This document shows positions 53,117-64,000 of a stretch of DNA of 64,000 bases, one piece after another. The notes beneath the pieces were generated by a model. The model saw only the letters and a program-made list of their open reading frames with translations, searched no databases and was not told where the DNA came from. The stretch comes from Bugula neritina (taxonomy: Eukaryota > Animalia > Bryozoa), in NCBI GenBank assembly GCA_964035545.1, contig OZ037770.1:4124662-4188661 (forward strand). The letters are read 5' to 3'. A program made the position numbers and the translations under genes. Numbering within the stretch: position 1 is the first letter of the stretch; each line of letters opens with the position of its first letter.

Positions 53117-54128
53117 ACTCTCTGTAACATCATACAATGACAGTTTAATTATTACACAGTGCTAGCAGGTGATGTCTGTCATTCTGAAACCTGTCACATA
53201 CATCTATTATTTGCCGTGTGTCAAACACTATTATAGCTACATATAGACATGTCTGGCTACTTTAGGTTTATAAAGGTAAAATCTGCAAATTTAAAATGAT
53301 CTCTAATTTTCTAAGAACAACTGCTTTGTGTAAATACTTTAAAATTATGCTGCTTCGGTTTCAATAAAGATCTTTTTAAATAATGTTGACATATATTAAA
53401 CATTATATAAATATATTAAAACATTTTAAAATGATTTGAATTTAAAGCAGCCAAAAAAACGCTGAATTATTATTTCATATCTATGCATGCACAAAAAGGT
53501 ACGAATAGCAACATTGATCCGATCAAGTTAAAACTTTCTATATCTGACACTGCGTACTTCCTACCCTATGAGTCACACAGCCAATGTTTACAGGATGATT
53601 ATAAAAATACATGCACTAGTATATAGCTAGAACACTTTTTGGATAGTTGAGTACTTGGATGTTGCTCATATATGAGCTATGGAAACACATTTACCACTAA
53701 AGAGGTTTTAGAAAACTCTTGTCCCAATAGCTAAAACCTTTACTAGTCTTGCTAAAATGAGATTCATACTAATGCAGAGCTGCTTTTGTTCAAACCTATA
53801 TTCAAATGAATGCTAAGTATTGTCTAAATACAAATAGTAACAACCAGTAGATAACTTTGGTTGAAAGCAAAACTTGTAACTTTGTTTTTCAGCACAAAGT
53901 TATCAAAATAACTCACCATCTGTTGCCATGGTTACTAAAGATTTTACTGCCGATTTATTTCAATTCTGTACATCTAAAGGTAGGCAGCCCTATCTCTACA
54001 AAATGTAAATGCAGATTCCTAAAAAAATTGCAGATTTGAAAATAATAGATTAGCTGCAATATTTTCAACTGCCACTATTAAGCACTTTATAGACAAAACT
54101 GTATAATAGTCAACAGTTAATTAACTAA

Positions 54129-57100
54129 TGTAATAAATTAGTAAGGTTGGAACAATAACGTAAAAAACATAACTCCTTGTAATTACTAGAGAAGAGGGTA
54201 TCTTGAAATGTGTAGAAATAACTTTATTGTAGATAGCAATATCTAAAAGTTGTCTGTATCTGGTGAGCTCCAGCCTTAGATTCACTCTACACTACAAACC
54301 CCCCTCCTTCTCCACTCAGGAAACAGTCCTTTCAAAAGTTTTTACCATTTTTCGGTTAAAAATATATCATGTCAGATGTGCTGGAGTTTCCGATAGAACG
54401 CCGACACTCCGACATGATCGCCATTGGTCATATCGGACAAGCCAGAGCTTCGACTGAAATTTCTGACATGCCTGATGTCAGACAAAGACCGGTTTACAGC
54501 ATACAAAAGTAGAAGAGATCAAAAAAGAATTAGAATATTGTTTCGCTAGGCTAAAAAATAGTAAAGTTAAAAAACTCCAAAGGTCCTCCGACTAACTCCC
54601 CATCGAAAAGTATCTCTTTTCAATAACTACCAAAAATAACACACAGAGAAACAAGATGCAAAGAATAAAATAATATAATTAAAAAAAGTTAATACACACC
54701 ATTATTTCAAAGAAACGAAGTAAAACTTACACATTACATAATAAGATAAAACCAAATTTACAAGCTACCACTGGATTAAATAATGAATTAGGTAAGAATA
54801 TTGTCCATACATAATTATACAAGTGTACATAATACAGTCCCTCTCTCCTTGGTGCTCAAGGCAAAAGACATGTCGCTTGAGGTAGAATAACATTTCCTGA
54901 TGGCGGCACATCGGCCGCCTTAGCTGACATGCTTTGCAATTGTAGGAGCAAAATCAGTTGCTAGAGTAGCCTGCTGTTTCTTGACTTCTTTTTCTGTGTT
55001 GTTGTTGTCTGCTTGGGTACCAGACTGCCGTTCACTCGAGGCTGGATGGCTGCTGACTGGGAACCTCAGAGCTAGCTAGACAAAGCTTTGGATTAAGGGG
55101 CAGTTCCAGTCTGCCGTCTGGTCTAGAGATAAAGATCTGCTATTTCCTGGGTTAAATTGTGTGCCTTCGTATGATGTGCCACTAAGCTGGCTTTTGTAGT
55201 GGAGGTGCCTGTCCTGCAGCGTCTGGGCGGCTCATAGTGGCTTAAGCGGTTGCTTACTATAAACCGAGATTTGTTCAGAGTGCTCCACCCAATAGTTGTA
55301 GTTGGGCATAAACCTCCACCACACGTTAGGGTCTAACAAACTTGGCAGAAGACTTAGCAAACTGTCCGTGATGCCTACGATAACTAATCATCCAAGCCCA
55401 GTCACCTACCTGTTGCAGAAGAGGGGGTTCTCTAAGTCTTTCATCGGCACTTCCCATTGTTTCTCTTGCAGAACTTCATGAGCTGTACTAAATCTCTCTA
55501 TCAGTTTCTCTACATACACATGTAGTAGAGATTTGGGCACTGGAACAAGGTAAGACCGGTGTTCTGGAACCCTGGTCCCTCGGCCAAGTATCAGAAAAAT
55601 TGTGGTTTCTTGGCCAAGCATCAGAAAGTGTGCTATAGTGTGGCATGATTTGTGGCAGCACCATATCCCTTTCTCCTGACTCCTGCTCAGGTGTCGGCTC
55701 CTGGGAGCATCACCCAACATTCTGTTGTTCGGCTTCATGACTCTATGCACTTGCGGGTAATATGGAGTTGTCCGACTCTGGTTCACCCCTAGATTCAGCA
55801 GAGGTCACAAATTAGTTGGAACTGGAATTGAGCATACTGGTCCGTAGGAATCTTTTCTGGTAACCCAAAACAGCAGAACACATGTTGGTCTTGAGCATAA
55901 GCCACTATGGGAGCTGTAATGTCTGGAATAGCCATTGCCTCTGCCAAACAGGTGAAGTGGCCTGTGAGAACTAGTATTCAAATGTTTCTTCTGGTGGAAG
56001 ACAGCATAGGGCTGAGTAAGTTCACCCACCACCATTTCCTATGGCCAACGACGCATAGCTGGCGTCGACCAGTGTAGCCAACTGACGACCTGTTCCATGA
56101 GTATTTGGAAACTTGGTAAGGCAGACATTAATACAAATGACAGTACTCTCCGTTTCCACAGTCTTTTGTGGGTAGTAAATGCTGCCTTGTCCTGAGCCTC
56201 AGGACCCAGGGGCACTTGCCAGTACCTACTCAGCAGATCCAAAGTACTGAAGTACTTGGTGCCCGCGAGAGCATCCAAAGACTCGTCCACCTGAGAGAGG
56301 GGGTTAGCATCCTGAATGGTAACACTGTTGAGCTTGCAATAGTTCACAAAGAACCTCCAACTGCCACTTTTTTTCTTGACCAAAACTACTGGTGAGCTCA
56401 CTGCAGCTTTCTTGCTTAATCAAATCATGGTCAAGAAGGTTTTGCACCTGTCGACCCGCTCCTTCTCCAAACCCTGCAGTCGAGTTGGCTGCCTTATTGG
56501 CACAGTGCGGGCTGCCATGGGAATCTCTGGTGGATAATTTTAGTCAGCCCCAAATTACCACCTTCACAGTTGAAAACGCCACTGTACTCCAAAAGTAGTT
56601 CAGCCAGTGTTTGGCACTCCGAGCAACTTGTACAGCTTCCACAGGCTCTTTCATACAGGTAAGCCACATGCTTCGAGACCGTTCTCATGCTCCGAGACTG
56701 TGATTCGTCTGGTCCAAGAAGTGGTTTCCTAGGTGCTGATTACTTCCTCCAGTAGCAGTCTCACATCTGCTTCTTGGATAAAATAGTAGTTCGCTACCAA
56801 TGCACCAGTAAGCAGTTTGATGGGTTGATGCAGTGCTCGAGAAGCTCCCCAACAGTCTAGCCAATTCAGGCTGTTTGTCAGTTGAGTCTTCATATACATC
56901 CCTTCCACCACTTCAAGCTACGTAATCATCCTGCAGTTGACTCTGCAGCGAAAGGTCACCTGAGATTGTCCTGGAACTATGCAGCCTTGTACTACCTGGG
57001 TTCTTCCAAGGACCTGCCAAATTTGGCGACACAGATATGTTTTTTTCCAGCCATCACCATAGCTAACTTTTAGAAATCCATGTGACACTGGTGTTTCTGT

Positions 57101-58695
57101 AGAAATACAATGCCCAAGATAGCATTCTCTTTCAACTGGTTGAAGATGAAGGTCTTGTAGATCACCTGATCATGAACTGGCCTATAGGTAGTGTAATGAT
57201 GCCGTAGAAAGGAAAGCTTGACCAGTCTGCTAGCATACCATGTGCACCTTCACACGGCTCAAAGCTTGCCGGCTTCTGAGCTCAAAAAGTTTTGAAGAGA
57301 TCCCGACTCACCATGTTCATGGTGGACCAGTAGGAAGGCTCCAGTTTTACCTGTTTTCTTATCGAGTAGAAAGTAGCTGCCACTGTACGGCCGAGTGCTC
57401 CTAAAGCAGTCAGTGTCTGGTGGAAACACTTCTTGGGGTCTTGACCAGACAGGGACATTCAATGACTGGGGCATATGCTGATTAGCTTGAGTCTGCTGCA
57501 TTTTCATCACCGCTGTCTGCAGGTCCTTCACCGTATCCAGCAACATTGGAAGTTTTGTAGGGGCCGGCTAGGTCGTGGTATCAGCAGCGACATGAGGTCC
57601 TGGCTTGGTGAGTTGGACCGCCTCTTCTGCTGTTTCTTCAGTTTGGTTAGCAAGGAAATCTGCTCCTTGGGGCTTTTCACATTGTAATAGGCTTTTCCCA
57701 TCTTTTCTGCTACTTCTATAGAGTCCACCTTAGCCACCAGGAAGTAGCGCAGTAGTCCTGCATTATTTAGTGTTCTTAAAACCAACTCATATGCCAGGTT
57801 CTGCGCTATTTTTTGTTGATTCGACTGTGGGCGGTCTGTGACAACCTCTCTATCTGGTTATTGTGATCTTGAAAGGATGTCCTACAGTCTCTTCTGAGAC
57901 TCTGCAGCTTTTCTGCTGCGTCTTGAGTGGTCATAGCAAATCATGTCTCTAGGGCCTGCAAAGATGTGCGGCTCACGTCAGAACCCAGGTCTTAACACTT
58001 GTTCTTATCTGTTAAGCAGGTCCGGAGCTGGAGGAGTCGCATTGGCGCCAGCAATTTGGCAATGGTGGCCACATTTTCGAACTTGAACCTGTCCGGAGGT
58101 GTCGCCTGCTCAGTTCAGCTGACTTCTCATGGGACTCTAACCAATGTCTTCGTTATGAGGGCTTCTTTTTCTGGCCGTCCTCTTTTTGCACTGCTCATCC
58201 TGCCCTTCTGTCTTTCTATTTAAGACCCTAAATGTTCCAAAACTCCATCGCTGCCACCAATGTAATAATTTGGTGTGGTTAGAACAATTGGGTGGAGAAC
58301 ATAACTCCTCGTACTTAATAGAGAGAAGAGTGTATTTTCAAAAGTGTAGAGTTAACTTTATTGTAGATAGCAATTTCCAAGAGTGGTTTTTATCTGGTGA
58401 GCTCTGGCAGTTGAATGGCTCTACACTGCGAGCTCGCCTCCTTATGCCCTCTGGAAACATTTCTTCTAGAAAATTCTACTGATTCTTGGTCAAAATTTGA
58501 TTATGTTGGAGTCTTCAATCGGATGCCCGACACTGCGATATGACTAACATTGATCCTGCCGTTTGTGTCGGAGCTCCGATTCGATTGTCTAACACTCTGA
58601 CATGCTAGATCTCAGACGAAGATCGTTTGTTTCAGCATGCAAAAATAAAATTGAGCGCAAAATATTTTTTGTTGCGCTAGGTTAATAATAGTACA
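54129..58695 (-). mobile_element. Old, internally deleted Gypsy element
   Basis: Diverged LTR pair at about 54129-54565 and 58261-58695; PBS TGGTGGCAGCGATGG at 58259-58245; decayed gag, protease, RT (SSPVVLVKKK..LDLLSRYWQ) and integrase (NQSRTTPYYPQ) related to the 12-22 kb element. RT is joined directly to integrase near 56060. Confidence 0.88.
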
Positions 58696-60700
58696 GTGAT
58701 ATACTGAAAAATACTGTAATAAATTGTAATATACCGATCCATACTGTACTACATTGTAATTATACACTGTAATATACTGTAACAGACTGTAATATAGTAA
58801 AAAAGACTGCAATTATACACTGTATTACACTGCAATATACCATAATTTAGTGTAACACACTGTAAAACATTGTCAGACAATGCAACATCCAGTAATATTC
58901 TGTAACACATGGCGATACAATGTAAGGTCATGTTTTTTAGTTTCTGCCTTTTTGCCAGGTGCTTTACATTATATATGAACAATATTTCATTGATAGCTCA
59001 AACAGGTTGAATGTCACAGCAACAAAAAAAGTATGAAAAAATAAAAGAACTTATGTTCTTCAATATACTTTTTCAATTTTTTCAAAAGCCAATTAATGTT
59101 TAAGTTATAGCTTAAGTTGAAAAACATAGTCCCCCTTCTACTTTCTTTCTAATTTATACGCTCCCGACTTGTTATTGTATCTCAATATACTATATTTGAT
59201 TGCTATAGTTAGTCTCCCTTCACTCACTTTGCTTATACTTTACAAGTAACAGTGCTGCTGGCTCAAAAGCTACATGCTATGACCTGTCATACAGCTAAAA
59301 CCCAATCTTGTATTCCTAGGTTGGTTAGCCTAATTAAAATCATGATTGCATGTTTTAGGATTCTACTCTATTTCAACCTGCTGCCTAGCTAGTTCTACTT
59401 TCTTATCATAATTTAATTTTTTATGTATTTACAAAATTGATGTAATAGATTTCTTTGGCAACCCTCCGAGTTATAAATGCAGTAATGGTACCTATAATGT
59501 TATATTATCATCATCATAATATATTATATAATATTATATGTTTTTTAATATATTGCATAATATATATTTTACTATTGTTGTTGTGTAAACAAGTGCAATT
59601 AACCTAGTTTTCAAAATGTACCTCTAAATTATTAGCATATTAGATATGTTCATGATTTGTTAGGTAAACCTAAAAAAGAGGCTGCATTCCCAAAGTAAAG
59701 GGTGTTGAACCATAATGAACTATAATAGATTACTGGATGAGCCAGTCTGCTACCAAGTGCATCAGTATAATATTATATAAATAGCTGTGATGCTTCGTCT
59801 CTATAGTTGCTGGCTGCAATATGATAACTTGGCAAACTTCTGAAAGTGCAAAATTTGCGAAATTATTCAAGGGGTTACATACTGTACAAAGCTAGCAGTG
59901 ATTGTAACCTTGATATAATGAGTATATATTACAACTGCTAGCATATATATAAGCTGCATCATAGAATGATGTTTGGGTAGGTTACCAAAACCAAATTTTG
60001 CTCCATAATATACCTTAAACACAATGCAGCAACATAATTTTCAGTGTCAAATTACATTGCCATCCTTACAAGAGCTGTGGGCTTCATAAAGATTTATATG
60101 ATTAGAGAGGTAATCTATAGGCCCTACTGGTGCTACTTTTGACCAAATTGCAAAGAGCATAAACAGAAGTTTGAGAAACAAAGAAAGTATAATAATATAT
60201 TATAGAGAAAACATAACAAGGAAAGTCAAGTTTGAATTTTAGACTTAATAAAATGAATCCCCTGTGCTACAGCAGTGGAACATAGAGGGTGTAAAGTTTT
60301 ACTTATTATATAACAACTTTATCAAAAAATATTTTTTGAAAAAATAAAAGAGTATATGGAAGAGGAATTTGAGAGCTACCTTTTCATGTATAATTTGTTA
60401 ATGTGAGACAAAAACTGTTCAAGCTATCCCCTGGAAACCGTTTATATATTACATAAAGCAGTGCCTTAACCTGGAAAGTTATGACCTGAAACTAACTGTA
60501 ATAAACTGTAAATTAAACTTTAATTTACTGAAATATACTGAAATATACAATAATACAAAGTGACACAATGTTATACTCTGTAATATACTGTAATGCACAG
60601 TATAATACTGTAACATGCTGTAATATACTAGAAAACACTGAAATGAACTGCAATAAAATGCAATACACTGTAATATGCTGTAATACATTCTACTAGACAA
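58696..60700. repeat. Degenerate ~10-bp (TACTGTAATA) repeat, 58696-58920 and 60500-60700, split by a transposon
   Basis: The same motif occurs on both sides of the insertion. Confidence 0.6.
58923..60499 (-). mobile_element. Second, inverted and internally deleted copy of the CAC-terminal element at 15037-17601
   Basis: Reverse-complement similarity to about 16420-17590 and 15037-15420; ends ..GAAACTAACTGT. Confidence 0.85.
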
Positions 60701-62288
60701 CTCCTAAGCTCATGCCACACTATGCAATTCTAATCATTGTAATGTTGTAGTAATTAGTGAATCAGAACCAGAAACCTGTTTTGTAATCTGTGTTGTTATT
60801 TCACCCCTGTTGCAAGAGTCGTGTCAGGTCAGCAACAGGAATATATGATTTGCTATGTTTATGTACACTTATGAAGTTTAATAATAAATCAGTCTAGATC
60901 TGTGTGACAAACTACATGCAAAGACGTTTCCTTGCTGCTCCTATCATATAATATACACTAACATTAAAATCATGTTCCCCAGAACCATTAAAATCAAGGG
61001 CTCTGCAGACTCAGTTACATATAATGTATGTGATATGTTGATCACATTTTGTACTACTTGCATTTATATACAATGCATAACTTTGTGTAGCTATTAGTGA
61101 CTGTGAGACAGGTTCACTAGAAGTAAGCTTCAGTTGAAACCTCATGTAGTGTTATTAATATGTTACAAAATCTTGAAACTTACTTGGCATGATTAGTGTG
61201 AGCTGTTGATTGCTAGTTTCCACCTGCTATAGCTACTTTCCAGCTGCCATCTGCTAATTGCCAGTTGCCCTTTGCTGATAGCCAGCTGCCATTTGCTAGT
61301 TTTCAGTTGTAGTTTCTACACCTAAATGATCCTTCAACCTCGACTTGCAATGTTGAAGTAAAACTCAACTGCCTGTTGATTTGTTACTGGTCCTGTTACT
61401 ATGCAGCTGTAACCAAAACATATAATTGAAATACTAATGCATTTACTGAGTGCATAGCAACATACACAACAGTCAATAGAAATTTTAGGCTGCTGCTTAG
61501 ATTTGCCGGCTCAAATACTGAAAATAATCTTTGTGCTCAGGTATTGTGTATATTTTTACAGCATTGTTTAGATTTTCCAGTTCAACTAAAAAGCTCTTTG
61601 GAAGCAGAAATAATTCTTAATATAATTGTAATCAAGAAGTAATGCTGCATTTTGTTCTCTTTGTGAGAAAATTGTATTGGTTAGAGCTAACAATAACGCT
61701 GTCAAATGTACACATACGGAGTTCACTATTTGCATACTTTATTCTTTTACGCAGTTTAAATAACTACAAATATTAGCAGTAATATAAGTTAGAGCAGGTG
61801 AGGGAGTTCCTATATAACACAAAGCACACGCAGTGCATAAAAGTTGTTAATAAAAGGAGTTACATAGACATATACTATGAAAGCCGTAAAGCCATTTACT
61901 CTTGTGTCAGCTTTCTATGTAACTTGATGAGAGCCATCTACATTGCTGTCACAATAAAAGTAGTCAGCTAGGTGACAGCTGACTCAATCACCTAAAGATC
62001 AAAACCGAGCTATGATTCCCTCTACAAACCTAGTCTCTCTCCTTTGCTTGTCCCAAACGTATAGGAGAGGTAATTAGTAAGATTGTTAGCTGTGCTGTGA
62101 GTACAGTAGTTAATGCTTTGTTACTGTTAAAAAAACAATGGTTAATACTACTATCAAATATTCACGAAACGTTATAGCTGGCCTTCCTGTGAGCAACTCC
62201 TAATGGGAAGAGTTTTTGTTAAATCCGGCTAAGGACTTATTCAGATGTGGCACAGATTGAGTAACCAAAATAACTGGCTGCTCCCTTA

Positions 62289-62447
62289 GATAATATTACA
62301 ATAGTTAAGGCTAAATTCCTTTTGAAGCAACACTGGCTAGGATGATATTACAATGGTTAAGGCTAAATTCCTTTTGAAGCAACACTGGCTAGGATGATAT
62401 TACAATAGTTAAGGCTGAATCCCTTTTGAAGCAACACTGGCTAGGAT
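62289..62447 (+). repeat. 52-bp tandem repeat, 3 copies
   Basis: GAT(A/G)ATATTACAAT(A/G)GTTAAGGCTAAATTCCTTTTGAAGCAACACTGGCTAG at 62289, 62341 and 62393. Confidence 0.92.
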
Positions 62448-62619
62448 TAAAGCAATTACCACTATAGTAGGCTATGCTATGTGGTTATTACTACAGTAGT
62501 TAATACTAAATTGGTTAATATTACAGTAGTTATTACTGCAGTAGTTATCACTACAGTGGCTGAGTATATAGTGGTAAATAATACAATGGTTGCTGTTACT
62601 GTTACAATGGTTACTGGTT

Positions 62620-63265
62620 ATATACAAATATATAACTCTTTTGTAAATTCTAAATTAACATATTGCCTAGAATGGTGGGGTAATGCAGCAAACATTTATC
62701 TTGAACCACTACATTTACTACAAAAGAAAATACTGAGAATTATATATAAAAAGCATCACCTTTCCCCATCTAAACCACTGTTTCTTAGTTCTTCAATCAT
62801 GCCTATTCACACTCTACACAAATTCAAACTAATACTGCTCTCACATAAACTTTACTATTCTCAACTAACACATCTCACACATAACTATCCCACAAGATTT
62901 TCAGAGTTCAGCCTACAAACTCCTCCATCATCAACTGCTGCAGGTCAACGAAGAGTGGAATTCCAATGTTCGTCGCTATGGAATAAATTGCCTAGTTCTA
63001 TTCGTGCTGTGGGGAGGGAGGCTGGTTTCAAACTTGCCCTGAGAGACCATCTAATGGCAAATTTCCAGATAAAAAAATAATACTTTTTGAGTTGCTAAAA
63101 CTTCCAAAAACCTAAACAAAAATCTTATATAACTGTCAACCATTCATGGCTCGGTGCCTCGATTAGCTACAGTGCTATTGCGCCATAGGCCCTGTCATTT
63201 TGTTTATTTTTCTCAATTAATTTTTCCCCGACTACGACAAAATAAAAACAAACAAACAAACAAAC
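62620..63265 (+). mobile_element. 5'-truncated CR1/L2-type LINE (post-RT C-terminus, 3' UTR, (AAAC)n tail)
   Basis: IYNSFVNSKLTYCLEWWG..LQKKILRII..HNYPTR..LWNKLPSSIR..FKLALR; AATAAA followed by (AAAC)n. Confidence 0.8.
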
Positions 63266-64000
63266 AGTAGCTAGCAGCATGTTTACATGCACACTGTGTG
63301 TATGGTGTTTCATAGTCCATCATCATAGTATATTAATAGCTCTTAAACAAAACAATAAATTCCTACAACTGCGCAGCAAAAACCACAACTATATAGTGAA
63401 TCAAGTGTATTGCAAAAGTTTAAGGCAACAAAGCTGCCAGAACATTTCTGTGCCATTTTTTGGAATTACTTGGGGCTGGTGGTGCAATTTGGGTGATTAA
63501 TGGGATCTGGAACACATCATTTTTGTTTATTTGCTTTTGTGTATTATGCTGCTGCTGTTGGAAAGCATTGGTTATCCTGATCAGTTGCAATTCAAAGAGC
63601 CAAAGAGCAAGTTATACTACTTATAATTTTACATTATACAAGATAAATATTACTAACTATTGAAATCTAAGAGCAGAAGCTATATTATCAAGTTATCAGA
63701 GAAGCGCTAAAGGTTTGTCTGCTATTAATCTTTTTACCATTATTGTCTTAATGCTGTAATATCGATACATTCAGTCTATATTATATAGAATAGCTTAGTA
63801 TAGCTGACATTATTATTAGTGAACTATTATGCAGTAATATTTTTTCCTACTTTAATAATTTTTATGTGTGTTATTTCCTTACAGTTCTTATACTTTCTTG
63901 TACTTTATTTAGCCTCATATTGTGTGTACTTTATTTAGATTTCACGGTATGTAGCTTTGTGAGCAAAAGTGTTATAAGTTGGAATAAAATACTGATAACT

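Noticed and set aside
61184-61407. Possible upstream exon of the Roco-caspase gene (good AG and GTAAGT sites on the - strand)
   Set aside because: No convincing coding frame. It may be a 5' UTR exon but cannot be supported without transcripts.
62481-62620. Val/Thr-rich N-terminus of the 199-aa ORF
   Set aside because: Low-complexity repeat DNA that happens to be in frame with the LINE fragment.

Overview
AT-rich, intron-containing animal (invertebrate-like) genomic DNA that is dense in transposons. The + strand carries the 3' part of a TMTC3-like O-mannosyltransferase gene (1-10639), which looks damaged: several TPR exons are missing and the last exon is frameshifted. Next come a full-length but decayed Gypsy LTR element (12100-22106, with a nested CAC-terminal DNA element and an extra zinc-finger ORF), other LTR fragments, an intact 3-exon Sola-type transposase element and a hammerhead-containing palindrome in an (AT)n tract. 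The main finding is on the - strand (53116-29117): a 15-exon gene whose splice phases I traced by hand into one open frame of about 1385 aa. It encodes an N-terminal cap, six near-identical 138-nt LRR cassette exons with hypervariable surface residues, a ROC GTPase-COR module and a complete C-terminal caspase (p20+p10). This looks like a single-chain LRR-Roco-caspase sensor/switch/protease. Its introns hold a full-length RTE LINE, a hAT element and a 4.9-kb Polinton/adintovirus-like deletion derivative nested in a pair of Harbinger-type MITEs. Upstream of the gene are an old Gypsy relic, a second CAC-terminal element and a CR1/L2-type LINE 3' end. All assignments come from reading motifs by eye; no searches were run.
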